The notes beneath the pieces were generated by a model that was given only the letters and a program-made list of their open reading frames with translations, did not search any database and was not told the origin of the DNA. DNA of 64,000 bases from Octopus sinensis (Eukaryota). Shown here piece by piece: positions 23,521 through 36,990 of this stretch (positions are counted from its first letter, which is position 1; each line of letters opens with the position of its first letter). The position numbers were made by a program, and so were the translations under genes. The stretch lies in contig NC_043003.1 in NCBI RefSeq assembly GCF_006345805.1, forward strand, positions 108,376,001 through 108,440,000, in the 5' to 3' direction.

Positions 23521-24613
23521 CATCGTGGTTGTTTCGTTATATATTCATTTCCTTTACTTTGTAAGTATTCGTGTCAAAACGCTTCAACTCTACAAACAGT
23601 CGATAATTGCTTCACTTAAATATATATGCCTTCTTTATGCATGTGTGGCTCCACAAATATCCATGTCTCATTGATTAGCAATCAACGCAATCTCAAATAA
23701 AATTAGATCTAAGGAATAAAACCATAGTTGTAGACAAGAAGGGGCCACGGGTGATTTAACCACCTCCTGGGAAAAAATGTGCAGTCTGATTGCCAATACC
23801 TACCCACCCTGCCCCCGGTTTAATATTTCCCGATATTAGATATTGAAAATTTGTAGATTAATAATACTTTTTATCATTATATTCTAAAATTTTAAATCTA
23901 TAAATTATTCGCAGCAACGGATCGAGGAAAGGTGGTGCAATCGAAGATTGTGAAATTATGATTGATTCCTCCACTCACACAGAGCACACACACAACACAC
24001 ATGCACACACAAGAAAATTTTTAGATATTAAAAGAACGAGTATATTTTTATTGAGTTAACCCTTTGTCTGTCCAAAGTATTTTCATAAGTTTGTCCTCTA
24101 AACGCCCAAGCTTGTTTACAAACTTTTGGCTAGCCTTTGTTTCATATGTTCTGAGTATTATAAAGCTTTTCTTTCATAAGCCCCAAGTTACTCTGATGAT
24201 TGAAAAAATTGGGCATGTGTATCGTATATAAAGCATGTGCATAACATGAGATACACAGGACAGGCTAAGGGTTAAGTGAAAAATATAGATAATTGATTAT
24301 AGACATGGTGAAGACTCGTAGCCTGGTTGTTTTGGGTGTGCGCTTCACCATCCTAATGTTGTCAATTCAATTCCTGGGAGGTACGTTGTGCTCTTAAGGT
24401 GAAAATGAGCACCAGCCGAGTACTAGTGTACCCACTCCTTCTGCACCTCCTTCTAGTTATCTACCCTTGATGTTCCACTGAGTGGGAGAGTCGAGAGGAT
24501 GTCTATGTCTGCTCACTCTATATGTGTATAGTCACGAGCAGACATAGACATGTGTGTGTGTGTGAGTGTTTGTATGTGTGTGTGTCTGTCCGTGCGTGTA
24601 TATATATTATATA

Positions 24614-24679
<66 letters not shown>

Positions 24680-24692
24680 ATATATATATATG

Positions 24693-24734
<42 letters not shown>

Positions 24735-24918
24735 CATATATATATATATATATATATACAAAATAAAAAAATGGAGAAATACATCTAAATCATTTATCAA
24801 CTACCAAATAATACCCAATCACATACTTTATTAAACCACCACATGAGAACATTAAGGTTAAACATAAAAATATATAACAAAACAGCGTACATGAATGAGT
24901 AATACAATACAATACAAT

Positions 24919-24950
<32 letters not shown>

Positions 24951-25004
24951 CGTTTAAATATTTGTTGTGCAAGATTTTTTATGTGAAGTCGTGTGTTGAA
25001 ACAG

Positions 25005-25435
25005 ATATTGTTATATTTCGGAATGGTCATATTGCCAGTTTAGCCAATAAAAACACACGCACTATATATTTGGTGTTATTTTGCTTCAGTGATATTTATT
25101 TTTTACATTAATCTTAATCTTATTTCGGCCAAAGTTCTTTCGTCACACTCCTGTGACCGCATCAGTGGTCCTTTGTTTTCTTCTCACTTACTTGTGTCTC
25201 TCCTTACTAACCGTCAGCCATACAAAATGGCTGACGGTTAGTAAGGAGAGACACAAGTAAGTGAGAAGAAAACAAAGGACCACTGATGCGGTCACAGGAG
25301 TGTGACGAAAGAACTTTGGCCGAAATAAGATTAAGATTAATGTAAAAAATAAATATCACTGAAGCAAAATAACACCAAATATATAGTGCGTGTGTTTTTA
25401 TTGGCTAAACTGGCAATATGACCATTCCGAAATAT

Positions 25436-25443
<8 letters not shown>
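25005..25443. mobile_element. Apparently perfect 217-bp-arm palindrome (5-nt loop ACAAA) of a PLE-terminal-like family
   Basis: Arms 25005-25221 and 25227-25443 with no mismatch found by eye. The left arm has a roughly 50-bp unpaired extension (24950-25004); (TA)n on both outer flanks. Confidence 0.92.
25280..25319 (+). ncRNA. Hammerhead-like motif, degenerate (mirror copy 25129-25168 on minus)
   Basis: CCA-CTGATGC-G-GTCACA-ggag-TGTGAC-GAAA-GAACT-T-TGG. A9 is changed to C, and stems I and III are short. Confidence 0.45.
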
Positions 25444-25504
<61 letters not shown>

Positions 25505-25505
25505 A

Positions 25506-25538
<33 letters not shown>

Positions 25539-25789
25539 GTATATATAAAACATGTATGTATGGATGGATGGATGGATGGATGGATGGATGGATGGATGGA
25601 TGGATGGATGGAAGGATGGACGCTTCTCTTCTGTTTTTAATTTATTTAAATTCCTCCTCGGAAGAAGATGGCTTCTAACAAAGATACAAATCTCCGTCTT
25701 TGGAAGGTAGATAATGAAAACAATCTTCCATTTTAAACCTGAGAAAGGTCTTGCATAGTCTTACTGTTCCGCTTACAGATTGTATTTCT

Positions 25790-25868
25790 GTGTATGTATG
25801 TACGTACGTACGTACGTACGTATGTATGTATGTATGTATGTATGTATGTATGTATGTATGTATGTATG

Positions 25869-25899
<31 letters not shown>

Positions 25900-26016
25900 G
25901 CATGTGTGTATGCACGCATGTTTGTATTTCTGTATGTATGTATGTATGTATGCACGCATGTATGTATTTATGTATGTATTTCTGTATGTATGTATGTATG
26001 TATGTATGTATGTATG

Positions 26017-26047
<31 letters not shown>

Positions 26048-26185
26048 GCATGTGTGTATGCACGCATGTATGTATTTCTGTATGTATGTATGTATGTCTG
26101 TATGTAAGCATGTGTGTGTATGCACGCATGTATGTATGCATGTATGTATGTATGTATGTATGTATGCCTGTATGTATGTATGTAT
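25790..26185. repeat. Compound (TATG)n microsatellite
   Basis: Directly visible. Confidence 0.95.
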
Positions 26186-26599
26186 AAATAAAAGAAGAGA
26201 ATAGTCAGAAGTTAGAGATATATTATTTATTATTTCTCAGATTCTTTGAGTGTTTTCTTTCTTTCTTCATCGAATTTTTCAAGAATTATTTATTACTGTG
26301 TGTAGGACTTTCATAAATCATTTGTTGTTTGTTTTATTCTTCAACAAATTGCTGACGTATCTTTAAATATACTGAAATGAATAAACACCTGGCCTTTTCA
26401 GACAAAGATGTCACCCAAACTGCTAAAAACACAACCTTCCCAGTAAAAACTCATTTGTATTCAAACATTCACGCACACACATAACCATACACACATTGAC
26501 ACACACACTTATACATATATACATACATACATCTCTATACATATAAATGGCAAAATGTGTGTGTGTGTGTGTGTGTATGTGTGTGTGTGTGTGTGTGCG

Positions 26600-26925
26600 T
26601 GTCCTTTATACAAATCCACAATTTTTCAGTTAGAGAGCTCGCACTTTCTATGGTCATTCAAAACCATCCAAGGGTGGTCGTGCATATCTTTACATTTCCC
26701 CAGTCACCCCGCAAAGCCATTAAAAAATCAATAGAAGTGACTTTTTTGTGAATTTTCTATCCAAAACCCAATCAAAATGCCCGAAACTTGATACGCCAAT
26801 TGAATGCCAGCTAGCTGTATGTGATTGGTCGGAGATTTGGACAGTACTCGCGTGTATGTGCGCACGCACGCAGCTGTATATGCACTAGCACTATGGCCCG
26901 GCAACGCCGGGTCATAGCGCTAGTA
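26600..26925 (+). mobile_element. Probable non-autonomous Helitron; 3' hairpin plus CTAG
   Basis: Ends ctagcactatggcccggc-aac-gccgggtcatagcgCTAG. The 5' boundary is uncertain. Confidence 0.5.
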
Positions 26926-27301
26926 CATATTAATACATGCATATAAATACATTCAAAACAAGTGATCAAGCATCTTAACTCACTTCCAAAATTCACTTAT
27001 TCTTTGACCAACTCCAGACTCAAGTAAACAATTTTGGAGTATTTGAGTTTCTGACATTTTTCAAAAGATTTTTACAAATACAGACGCGCTCGCGCGTGTA
27101 TGTGTGTGTGTGCGCGTGTGTGTGCGTGTGTGCATGTGAATATGTATGTAAAGGTGAGACCCAAGGATCTAGGTGTATATGTATATAGATTTGATGGAGA
27201 GAGTGAGCTAATGTACAACACGTACGTTTGATTACTAAATCACTATAAACAAATCATTCGTGCAGCTTGTTCGGCAAAAAAAAGCTATACATAGCTTTTT
27301 T

Positions 27302-27492
27302 GCCATGATAGATCGTTAGCCACTACACACATTTTTTTCTCTCCTTGTTTCTCTCCTTGTTTCTTTTTCTGTGTCCCTTTCTGTAGAAGAGCGTAGGCTC
27401 GAAACGTAAAATACTTTTTCTATACCTGAGCATTATACTAATACATCTGTTTGTTTTGTACACCACCTGCCATCGTCTTCGTAAACTCTTCC

Positions 27493-27545
<53 letters not shown>

Positions 27546-27752
27546 TGTGTGGTGTGTGTGTCGCCATGATAGATCGGTAGCCACTACACACATTTTTTCT
27601 CTCCTTGTTTCTTTCTGTGTTCCTTTCTGTAGAAGAGCGTAGGCTTGAAACGTAAAAGACTTTTTCTATTCCTGAGTGTTATACTAATACATCTGTTTGT
27701 TTTCTACACCACCTGTCTTCGTCTTGTGTCTTTTTTTCGTGAATTCTCCCTA
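27302..27752 (+). mobile_element. Head-to-tail dimer of a roughly 260-nt HHR-like repeat unit separated by (GT)n
   Basis: Units start gccatgatagatcg.tagccactacac at about 27302 and 27563. Each has ttt-CTGTAGA-A-GAGC-gtag-GCT(C/T)-GAAACGTA-aaa (27377-27412, 27623-27658). Core A6 is changed to U. Confidence 0.65.
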
Positions 27753-28631
27753 TACATATATATATATATATATATCACAAACAGTAATTCACAACTTTTG
27801 AAAACTTCCATGAGGGATGAAAGCGCTGGAAGACTATGACAGGTAAAAGCCAATTTCTCAAACTTCTGAATACTTTCTTCTTTTTAACAACATATATAAT
27901 GTTATTCTTTACTTTTCTTTTCTTTTTTTCGGACGTGTAATGGTCAAATCAACCCTAATTGGGAGACCAACAATCAAAATCATTGCAACCGTGACTTGTA
28001 AGTCATCTAGTTCTTTTTACGTGTTTTTTTTATATTTAAATGTAGTCTATGGATATTCGAATACTGTTTCTAGCTATTCCATGTGACGTATAAAGACTCC
28101 TTCCTTGGCTCATATGTAGCGTATCTTATTTTGGAATATTTCACAGAGAGTACTCTTCAAGAATATGTGCTTACGTTTAGTTTATATATATATTAATACA
28201 TCAATTGAAACAGAAAAATTGGAAGATAAGCGTTAGACCTAGATTTTGATGCCACTGGCTTACCATAGTTTCTGATGCTCTCGTTTACCCCAGCAAAATA
28301 TGCATACCCCCCACACACACACACACACATAAACACGCGCTCACACATACAGTCACAGCTGGTATTGTTAAATTTCATCTCATTGACCAAATTCATTTCT
28401 CGTACTTTTTTGCGCTAAAACATGAAGCAACCTATTCAAGTTCACTCGACGCTTTCCGTTGGCTAATCAGCGTACCTCAGCAAATTCTTGGCCTCCCGCT
28501 TGCTATAAAAATAATTTAATCCTTGAAATTAATCAGAGTAGGCCAGCTGCCGAGCAACCTGTGTTATTTAGCCATGCCTATACATCACCTTTTATTCTCT
28601 CTCTCACTCAATCTCTCTATTTCTCAATCAA

Positions 28632-28738
<107 letters not shown>

Positions 28739-28739
28739 C

Positions 28740-29059
28740 ATGGAGCACTCCGTCGGTTACGACGACAAGGGTCCCAGTTGATCTGATCAACGGAACAGCT
28801 TGCTCGTGAAATTAACGAGCAAGTGACTGAGCAATCCATAGACACGTGTACCCCTAACATAGTTCTCTGGGAGATTCAGCGTGACACAAAGTGTGACAAG
28901 GTCGGCCCTTTGAAATATAGGTACTACTCATTTTTGCCAGCTGAGTGGACTGGTGCAACTTGAAATAAAGTGCCTTGTTCAAGGACACAACGCGTCGCTG
29001 GGAATTGAACTCACGACCTCATTCGTGAGCCGAATGCCCTAGCCACTAAGCTACGCGCC

Positions 29060-29063
<4 letters not shown>
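28740..29063 (-). mobile_element. tRNA-derived SINE with CORE-like central segment
   Basis: Reverse complement head gtgaaggcgcgtagcttagtggc..gagttcaattcc followed by cttgaacaaggcactttatttcaagttgcaccagtccactcagctgg. Confidence 0.85.
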
Positions 29064-29120
<57 letters not shown>

Positions 29121-29179
29121 TAAATAACAGCAAAATATTAGGGAAATTTCCCTATATACATATAAACACTCTCCCCTAC

Positions 29180-29236
<57 letters not shown>

Positions 29237-29869
29237 ACACTTACATTATAAATGGGAAGGCAAACTAGTTTGCATCCATATAAACCTTCTTTCTTCACCA
29301 TGACGTTGGACAAGTTACCAAAGAATAAAACCATCTTAATTTTTATTAAACATTGCAATTTGTCCTATACAATTTTCGATCCTCTGGCCTCACCATCATT
29401 ACAAAAACACTGATTCAAACATGGGTAAAACATCTTTAGCACATTCATCGTTCAAACCTTGTAGGTATAACACACCGTTTAACATCTGAAACAATAGTCC
29501 TTGGGCGACTTTGGCACATATGTATATATATATATATTTTTTTTTGACTATTTATTAAATTTTATGTATTGATTAAGTCTTTCCTTGTTTGTTTTGCAAA
29601 ATAGTGGTTTTGTCTCAAATAATATTTTATAATATTTTACTATAAAATTGGATTTAATCCTAAATCTGATTTTTTTTCCCTGTAAATTTGGATATATTCC
29701 CTAATATTTATTATATATATATTATATATATATTATATATATATATATATACATACGAGTAAAGCCGCTTGGCTCATTTTGACCTATATATATCACATAG
29801 ATGCATAAATATATATACACACACACACATGTGTATATATATATATATATATAATATCATCACCATCAT

Positions 29870-30001
29870 CGTTTAACGTCCGTTTTCCATGCTAGCATGG
29901 GTTGGACGGTTCAACTGGGGTCTGGGGAGCCAGTAGGCTGCGCCAGGCCCAGTCTGATCTGGCAGCGTTTCTACAGCTGGATGCCCTTGCTAACGCCAAC
30001 C
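29870..30001 (-). mobile_element. RTE-type 3' tail fragment
   Basis: Reverse complement ggttggcgttagcaagggcatccagctgtagaaac...ggacgttaaacgatgatg; same tail as 57192-57346. Confidence 0.75.
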
Positions 30002-30149
30002 ACATATGTACGTGTATATATATATGAAGGACTTCATGTCCGAAACCTCAAGGAAGAAAATCTCTTTCATTTTCTTTACTAGCGTTAGTCTAACACCTTT
30101 GTGGGAACTTGTCTTTCTTGTTTTCGCTCATTCATCATATATACACATG

Positions 30150-30206
<57 letters not shown>

Positions 30207-30740
30207 GTGTGTGTACGTGTGTATGTGTTCATATATATGGGCATATATACAAACGTATGTGTATGTATATACAATTACACACACATATACACATATGTAT
30301 ATAAACACACATATACATATATTCATGTAAATGTGTGTATGTATGTGTATGCATGTATGTGTGTATGTATGTATGTCTGCACCTATATATTTGAGCATGT
30401 ATTTGAGACGTGTAGTGAACCTCGCAAGTGTGTGTTTTAAGTAAAAACACAATTTAGCATCGCTATTAAAAATAAACAGTGATAACATCAGAGGATTTTC
30501 TTTGTGTGATCAGATGAAAAGATCGATATGATTGATTTTGATTTTAATAACTTTTTTTTTCGTCTTTATTAACCTCGTTCTTTACTTTTCATAGCGTGGC
30601 AAAACTGTGTTTGTTAAAAACACACTCTAGTAAGGTTTACCTTACATTTCAAATTATAATTTCAAAAGGACTGTTTCGTGGATTGTTAATTAGAATACAC
30701 GCAAATACCCTCTCTTCTTTTCTCACTTTCCACCTCTCTT

Positions 30741-30797
<57 letters not shown>

Positions 30798-30985
30798 ATC
30801 TATTTATCTGTCTTTCTATCTATCTACCTACCTATCTACTTACCTCTATTTCACAAATGCATACGTTATTATTTCATAAAAACAGTATATATACATATAT
30901 ATATATATATTATATATATATATATGTGTGTGTGTGTGTTATAGATAAATAGATAGATAGATAGCTAACTAGAAACACACACACA

Positions 30986-31043
<58 letters not shown>

Positions 31044-31381
31044 TATATATATATATATATATGTATATATATGTATATAATATATATATATGTATATAAT
31101 AATATATATGTATATATATGTATATAATATGTGTGTATATATAATACATATTCTATATATGTGTGCACAAATAGTTCACAAAGCATTATATAAATATGTG
31201 ATTGTATATATATATAAATATGTACGTATGTGAGCATCTGTTTCATATAAAACGTATTTATATATTATGTTTAAATAATATATATTACTTTCTCTCTCAC
31301 CATCTTCTTCTCTTCCTACCTTTCTGAATGTGTGTGTGTATGTATGTATGTATGTATGTATATATATATATATAATATATA

Positions 31382-31421
<40 letters not shown>

Positions 31422-31481
31422 CTGTCGCTGAATCTGTCACTCTATTTCTTTGTGTGTGTGTATTGTGTTGTGTGTGTGTAT

Positions 31482-31515
<34 letters not shown>

Positions 31516-32204
31516 TGTAATCCTACACAAGCATTTATATTCATATCAAACGTTATATCGATGTAAATATTTATTACCCATGTGCATGCATGCGTGTATA
31601 CATAAACATATAAATAAATGCGAGCATATACACTGAAGGAGAGAGAGAGAAAAAAAAAGAGAAATACTTCTTAAAAAGAATAAATAGAAGAAATGTTTAA
31701 TTTATGTATTCAGGAAGAAAGAAATGTGAATGAAATCAAAATGGAAAAAAAATAGTTGGCGAAATCGATTTGCCTTAAAACAGAAACCATTGCAACATGA
31801 GCAATATCAACAGGAAAACTATGAATATATTTAAACTACGACCCAAACAGATTGGTTTATCTTAGCTTGTAAACTCAAACTGAAACCAATATAAAGAGAA
31901 TAAACCTTTAAGGTAAAAACCAGTGAATCCTTCATGCAAGGAAATTTCATCAGTTATTTGAAATGCATTTCTTTTTTCTTGCCTTTCTTTATTTGTTTAT
32001 TTATCTATTTATTTTTGCGACATTATTAAAAGGAAGAGTGTTAGTGGGAGGGCGGAAAGATATTAGATTCTTCTCTTCACGTTTTATGATCAAATCCCGA
32101 TGGTTTCGACTTACATATGTTTCTACATGCATACTTCTAGAATTTACGTATTAGAAAATGCGGGTAGCAATCAAGTATTGGGGTTGATGTAATCACTTAG
32201 CCAC

Positions 32205-32907
32205 CGAAATAGTTCAGGCCTTGCTCCAATGCTTTCCATTTTTTAGGGTTGGAGATTGACAGAATTGTTAGAGCGGCAGACAAATCAAATTACAGCATTT
32301 CTTCCGATTCTGTACATTCTGAGTTCAAATTTCACGGAAATCAACTTTACCTTTCATTCCTCACCGGTCGAAAAAATAAAGTACTTGCCAGGTACTAAGG
32401 TCGATGGCATCGACTAAATATTCTTCAAAATATTTCTTTATGCCTTAATTGAAAACCATTATTGTTGTTGTTATTGTCGTCGTCGTTGTTGCGGTTGTTA
32501 ATATGCCGGGGAAGATGCTTAGCAGCATTTCGTCTGTCGCTACGTTCAAATTCCGTCGAGGTCAGCTTTACCATTCATCCTTTCGCGGTTGATGAAATAA
32601 GTACCAGTTACGTACTGGTGTCAATGTTATCGTCTAGCCCCCTACCCAAAAGTTTCAGGACTTATGCTTGTAGTAGAAAGGAATATTCTTATTCTTATTC
32701 TTATTCTTATTCTTATTATTATTATTAAGGAGGAGAGCTGGCAGAATCATCAGCAAGCCAGACAAAATGCTTAGCGGTATTTCGCCCGTCGCTACATTCT
32801 GAGTTCAAATTCCGCCGAGGTCGACTTTACTTTTCATCCTTTCGGGATCGATGTAGTCGACACATCCCCACCCACAAAATTGCTGCCCTTGTGGCAAAAT
32901 TTGAAGC

Positions 32908-32910
<3 letters not shown>
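32205..32910 (+). mobile_element. Three family-B SINE copies or fragments
   Basis: B boxes gagttcaaattcc and the family body at about 32250-32420, 32500-32690 and 32727-32910. Confidence 0.8.
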
Positions 32911-32938
<28 letters not shown>

Positions 32939-33110
32939 GTATGCTTGACTTTTGCTTTGTATTTGTACGAATTGGCTCCAAGTCTCACCCAGAGACCTCA
33001 AGAGACAACAATTTAGAAGTTCATGCTGGTGTTATGCCTAGGGTGTCATATATTTGGTTTTGTACGTAGTATTTTTCTAGAGAATGTTTAAGAAAACATT
33101 AAGAGTTTAT
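32939..33110 (-). mobile_element. Probable R4/Dong-like 3' end anchored on (AAT)n
   Basis: Reverse complement reads NIL*KILR, then gtctcttgaggtctctgggtgagacttgg, then (AAT)n. Confidence 0.45.
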
Positions 33111-33149
33111 TACCTCGACGACGGTAACAACGAATACGTATCACCCTTC

Positions 33150-33430
33150 TCCATTTTTTAATACAAAATGATTATTAAAAACGATTAGACAAATGATAAT
33201 AAAACAAACAGCTGTAAATACATATATATTCACAATTAGACAAGTGAAAGGGCAAATATACATTAAAGAAAGCATGGATAAAAACAATATCAAGTTATCA
33301 TTTGCTTGCATTGCAAATCAAGAGGACATTTTAGATATCGGTCATCTCCAAACAAAGAATATGTATCGCTGGTCGGGAGATGAGTCTCTTGAGGAGACCA
33401 AGGACGGTCGAAATCACGTGATCTGGTGGT
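33150..33430 (+). mobile_element. Decayed Penelope-like fragment with downstream HHR-like motif
   Basis: DKNNIKLSFACIAN resembles the PLE linker FNRNTVKLSYSCMPN. At 33389-33423: TTGAGGA-GACC-aaggac-GGTC-GAAA-TCACGTGA-TC with a 10-nt palindrome ATCACGTGAT; stem I pairing is lost. Confidence 0.45.
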
Positions 33431-33620
33431 CTCAGCACTGGAGATTCTGGAGGTTTATCCCGCCGCTAGCGATATAAACAAGAGTGTATTTTGCACCAAA
33501 AGCCAATATGAGAGTTTCTCTCAGGGTATCTACCACAGTATAGTTTGTTCTAACAGAACATCCACGTTTAAGTGGGACTAGATATTATCTCTCGGAATTA
33601 ATACTGCTTCTGCCACTGAT

Positions 33621-33839
33621 ACTCTTTTACTTGTTTCAGTCATTTGACTGTGGCCATGCTGGAGCACCGCCTTTAGTCGATCGAGCAAATTGACTCCAGG
33701 ACTTATTCTTTGTAAGCCTAGTACTTATTCTATTGGTCTCTTTTGCCGAACTGCTATGTTACGGTGACATAAACACACCAGCATCGGTTGTCAAAGGATG
33801 TTGGGGAGGATAAACACAGACATATAACCACACACACAC

Positions 33840-33894
<55 letters not shown>

Positions 33895-34064
33895 CATATA
33901 TATATACGATGGGCTTCTTTCAGTTTCCGTCAACCGTATCCACTCACAAGGCTTTGGTCAGCACGAGCCTATAGTAGAAAACACTTGCCCAAGGTGCCAT
34001 GCAGTGGGACTGAACCCGGAACCATGTGGTTCGTAAGCAAGCTACTTAACACACAGCCACTCCT
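33621..34064 (-). mobile_element. Family-A SINE, full length
   Basis: Aligns end to end with 20139-20532. Confidence 0.9.
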
Positions 34065-34707
34065 ACTCCTTTTTACAAAGAAAAACACGATGAAGAAGTA
34101 TGTCGCAAAAATGAATCCCTCGTTACTAAGGGAATTCATACAAGAGAGAATTATTTTCTTTTTCTTAATTGAAAGAGCTTTCTATATGCCAGCGAAAAAT
34201 AAACTGGAGAACACCCTGACAGATGTATGGTTAGATGCGAGCCCACCAATGCTTGGAATTATGACCGAGACGAAGTAAGGATGTAGTTAGAGCGGGTATT
34301 ACAGATAATAGATAACGCAAATAGTTGCATCCTTGAGTTGATTAATGCCTCTTGAATGAAATTTGGTGGGTAAAAACTATGTTGAATTCTGTCGAATGCG
34401 AGGAGAGGATTTCTGATAAACCAACACTTCAAACAAAAACAGAGTGTGATATTTATTTTGCCTGGTTGTTCGGGTACTCTTTTTATGACCCTCGCCACTG
34501 AGAAAACGCGAGGTAGAGGAGGAGGAGGAGGAGGAGGAGGAGGAGGAAGAAGAAGAAGAAGAAGAAGAAGAAGGAGAAGGAGAAGAAGAAGGAGAAGAAG
34601 AAATTTATATATATATTGGACAATAGTTTTTATGATTAAAAAAATAAACTAGAATAAAGACAAAAGTAGAACATAGTTGTGTTTTCAGTACAATACACTT
34701 ACATACA

Positions 34708-34740
<33 letters not shown>

Positions 34741-35138
34741 ACACACACACACACATACATACACATACACACACACACACATAACACATACACAAAATTC
34801 ATTTATCTTTTAGGAAAAGTTTGTGCCATAAATATTCGCATAAATGTTCACATTTGATTTATAGTATTCCTTGTTTTCAATAACTAAATAAATAAAATAA
34901 AATAAAATAACATAAAACGAAATGAAATCAGATAATATAAAACAAAAAGAAAATAAGTGGAGAAAGGAAGAAACTCTTTGCAATTATATTATTAGTCCAG
35001 TCTGTGACTATCAATAGTAAATTAATAACAAAAGTTATCTGGAAAATGTAATGTTTTAGTTTGATTCGATCAGAGAAAGAACATTTGGTGTGTTTATTAA
35101 TCGCAGTGAAGTAATTCACTAATTCACTCAGGAAAGAT

Positions 35139-35187
<49 letters not shown>

Positions 35188-35624
35188 ATTGTATTGTATT
35201 ATATATACATAAACTAAAAAGAAATTTATAGAATATAAGTAAATACCTAAAAAAAGATGCTCAGAATTTTCTATTGATAAGATAAATTACATATTATTTA
35301 TACCAGGAAAAATTATATCAAAGCACAAAGATTATGTCGAAATACGTCTGATGATGTTTGTATCCCTTCAACGGCTCGGTATCTTATCTATTGTTTATCA
35401 GAGTTCGTCTAACTTCTAGAAAACAAAAACAAAGGGAACAAAGAAGCAACAGAACAAAAACAAACAAAAACCAATTCCTATTTTGTTTTATATGTAAGCA
35501 ATTAGCAATAAGAAGAACCAACTGTAAAATCCCTTTCTTAGATCGAGGCAATCGCTCTTTGCAGGTGTGGAGGTTGGGCAGGAGAAATTGAATAGGTTGA
35601 GCGAAAAGGAAGGAAATTTCATAG

Positions 35625-36515
35625 GCGCATGCGCATGTGCACCTATGTCGTAAGACGTTTGCTTCCCAGCCACGTGGTCCCGGGTTCAGTCTCACTGCAT
35701 GGCACCTTGGGTAACGTGTCTTCTACTATTGCTTCGGGTCCACCAAAATCTTGTGGGCGAATTTGGTAGACGGAAACTGAAAGAAGCCCATCGTATACAT
35801 ATGTGTATGTGCGTGCATGTGTGTGTGTGCGTGCATGTGTGTGTGTGCGTGCATGTGTGTGTGCGTGTGTGCATACATGCATACATATATACATTCATAC
35901 ATACATACATACATACAAACATACATACAAACATACATACATACATACATACATACATACATACATACATTCATACATACATACATACATACATACATAC
36001 ATACATACATACATACATACATACATACATACGCACATACACACATACATACATACATACATACATACATACATACATACATACATTCATACATACATAC
36101 ATACATACATACATAATACATACATACATACAAACATACATACATACATACATACATACATACATACATACATACATACATACATACATACATACATACA
36201 TACATACATACATACATACATACGCACATACACACATACATACATACATACATACATACATACATACATACATACATACATACATGAATACATACATACA
36301 TACATACATACATGAATACATACATACATACATACATACATACATAATACATACATACATACATACATGAATACATACATACATACATACATACATACAT
36401 ACATTCATACATACATACATACATACATACATACATACATGAATACATACATACATACATACATACATTCATACATACATACATACATACATTCATACAT
36501 ACATACATACATACA

Positions 36516-36551
<36 letters not shown>

Positions 36552-36688
36552 TATACATTCATACATACACACATACACACATACATACATACATACATAC
36601 ATATATACATTCATACATACACACATACATCATACATACATACTACATACATACATACATACATACATACATACATACATACATACAT
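35625..36688 (+). repeat. Family-A SINE 5' half running into a roughly 800-bp (CATA)n microsatellite
   Basis: Head to aagaagcccatcgtata (about 35795), then a (GT)/(CATA)n expansion. Confidence 0.85.
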
Positions 36689-36957
36689 GAAAGCGCATAG
36701 CCTAGTCATAACGAAATTACCCTCGCAATCGCTAGGTCGTAGGTTCGATTCCCTGACTGAGCAGCACGTTGAGTTTTTGCGTAAAATACTTCATTTCAAG
36801 TTGCCCTGCGATGATTTGGACATCTGACGTATGGCACACTTTTGCACCTACACAGGTAAGGTCAATTTAAGGGAAGGTGGTGCAGGTCCTGCAGAAAGGA
36901 CTGAACACTCATATGACATCTTGAATGGGAGATTTCATCATATGTGTGTGCGTGTAC

Positions 36958-36990
<33 letters not shown>

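Noticed and set aside
35345-35385. CTGATGA motif
   Set aside because: No GAAA or NUH geometry downstream.
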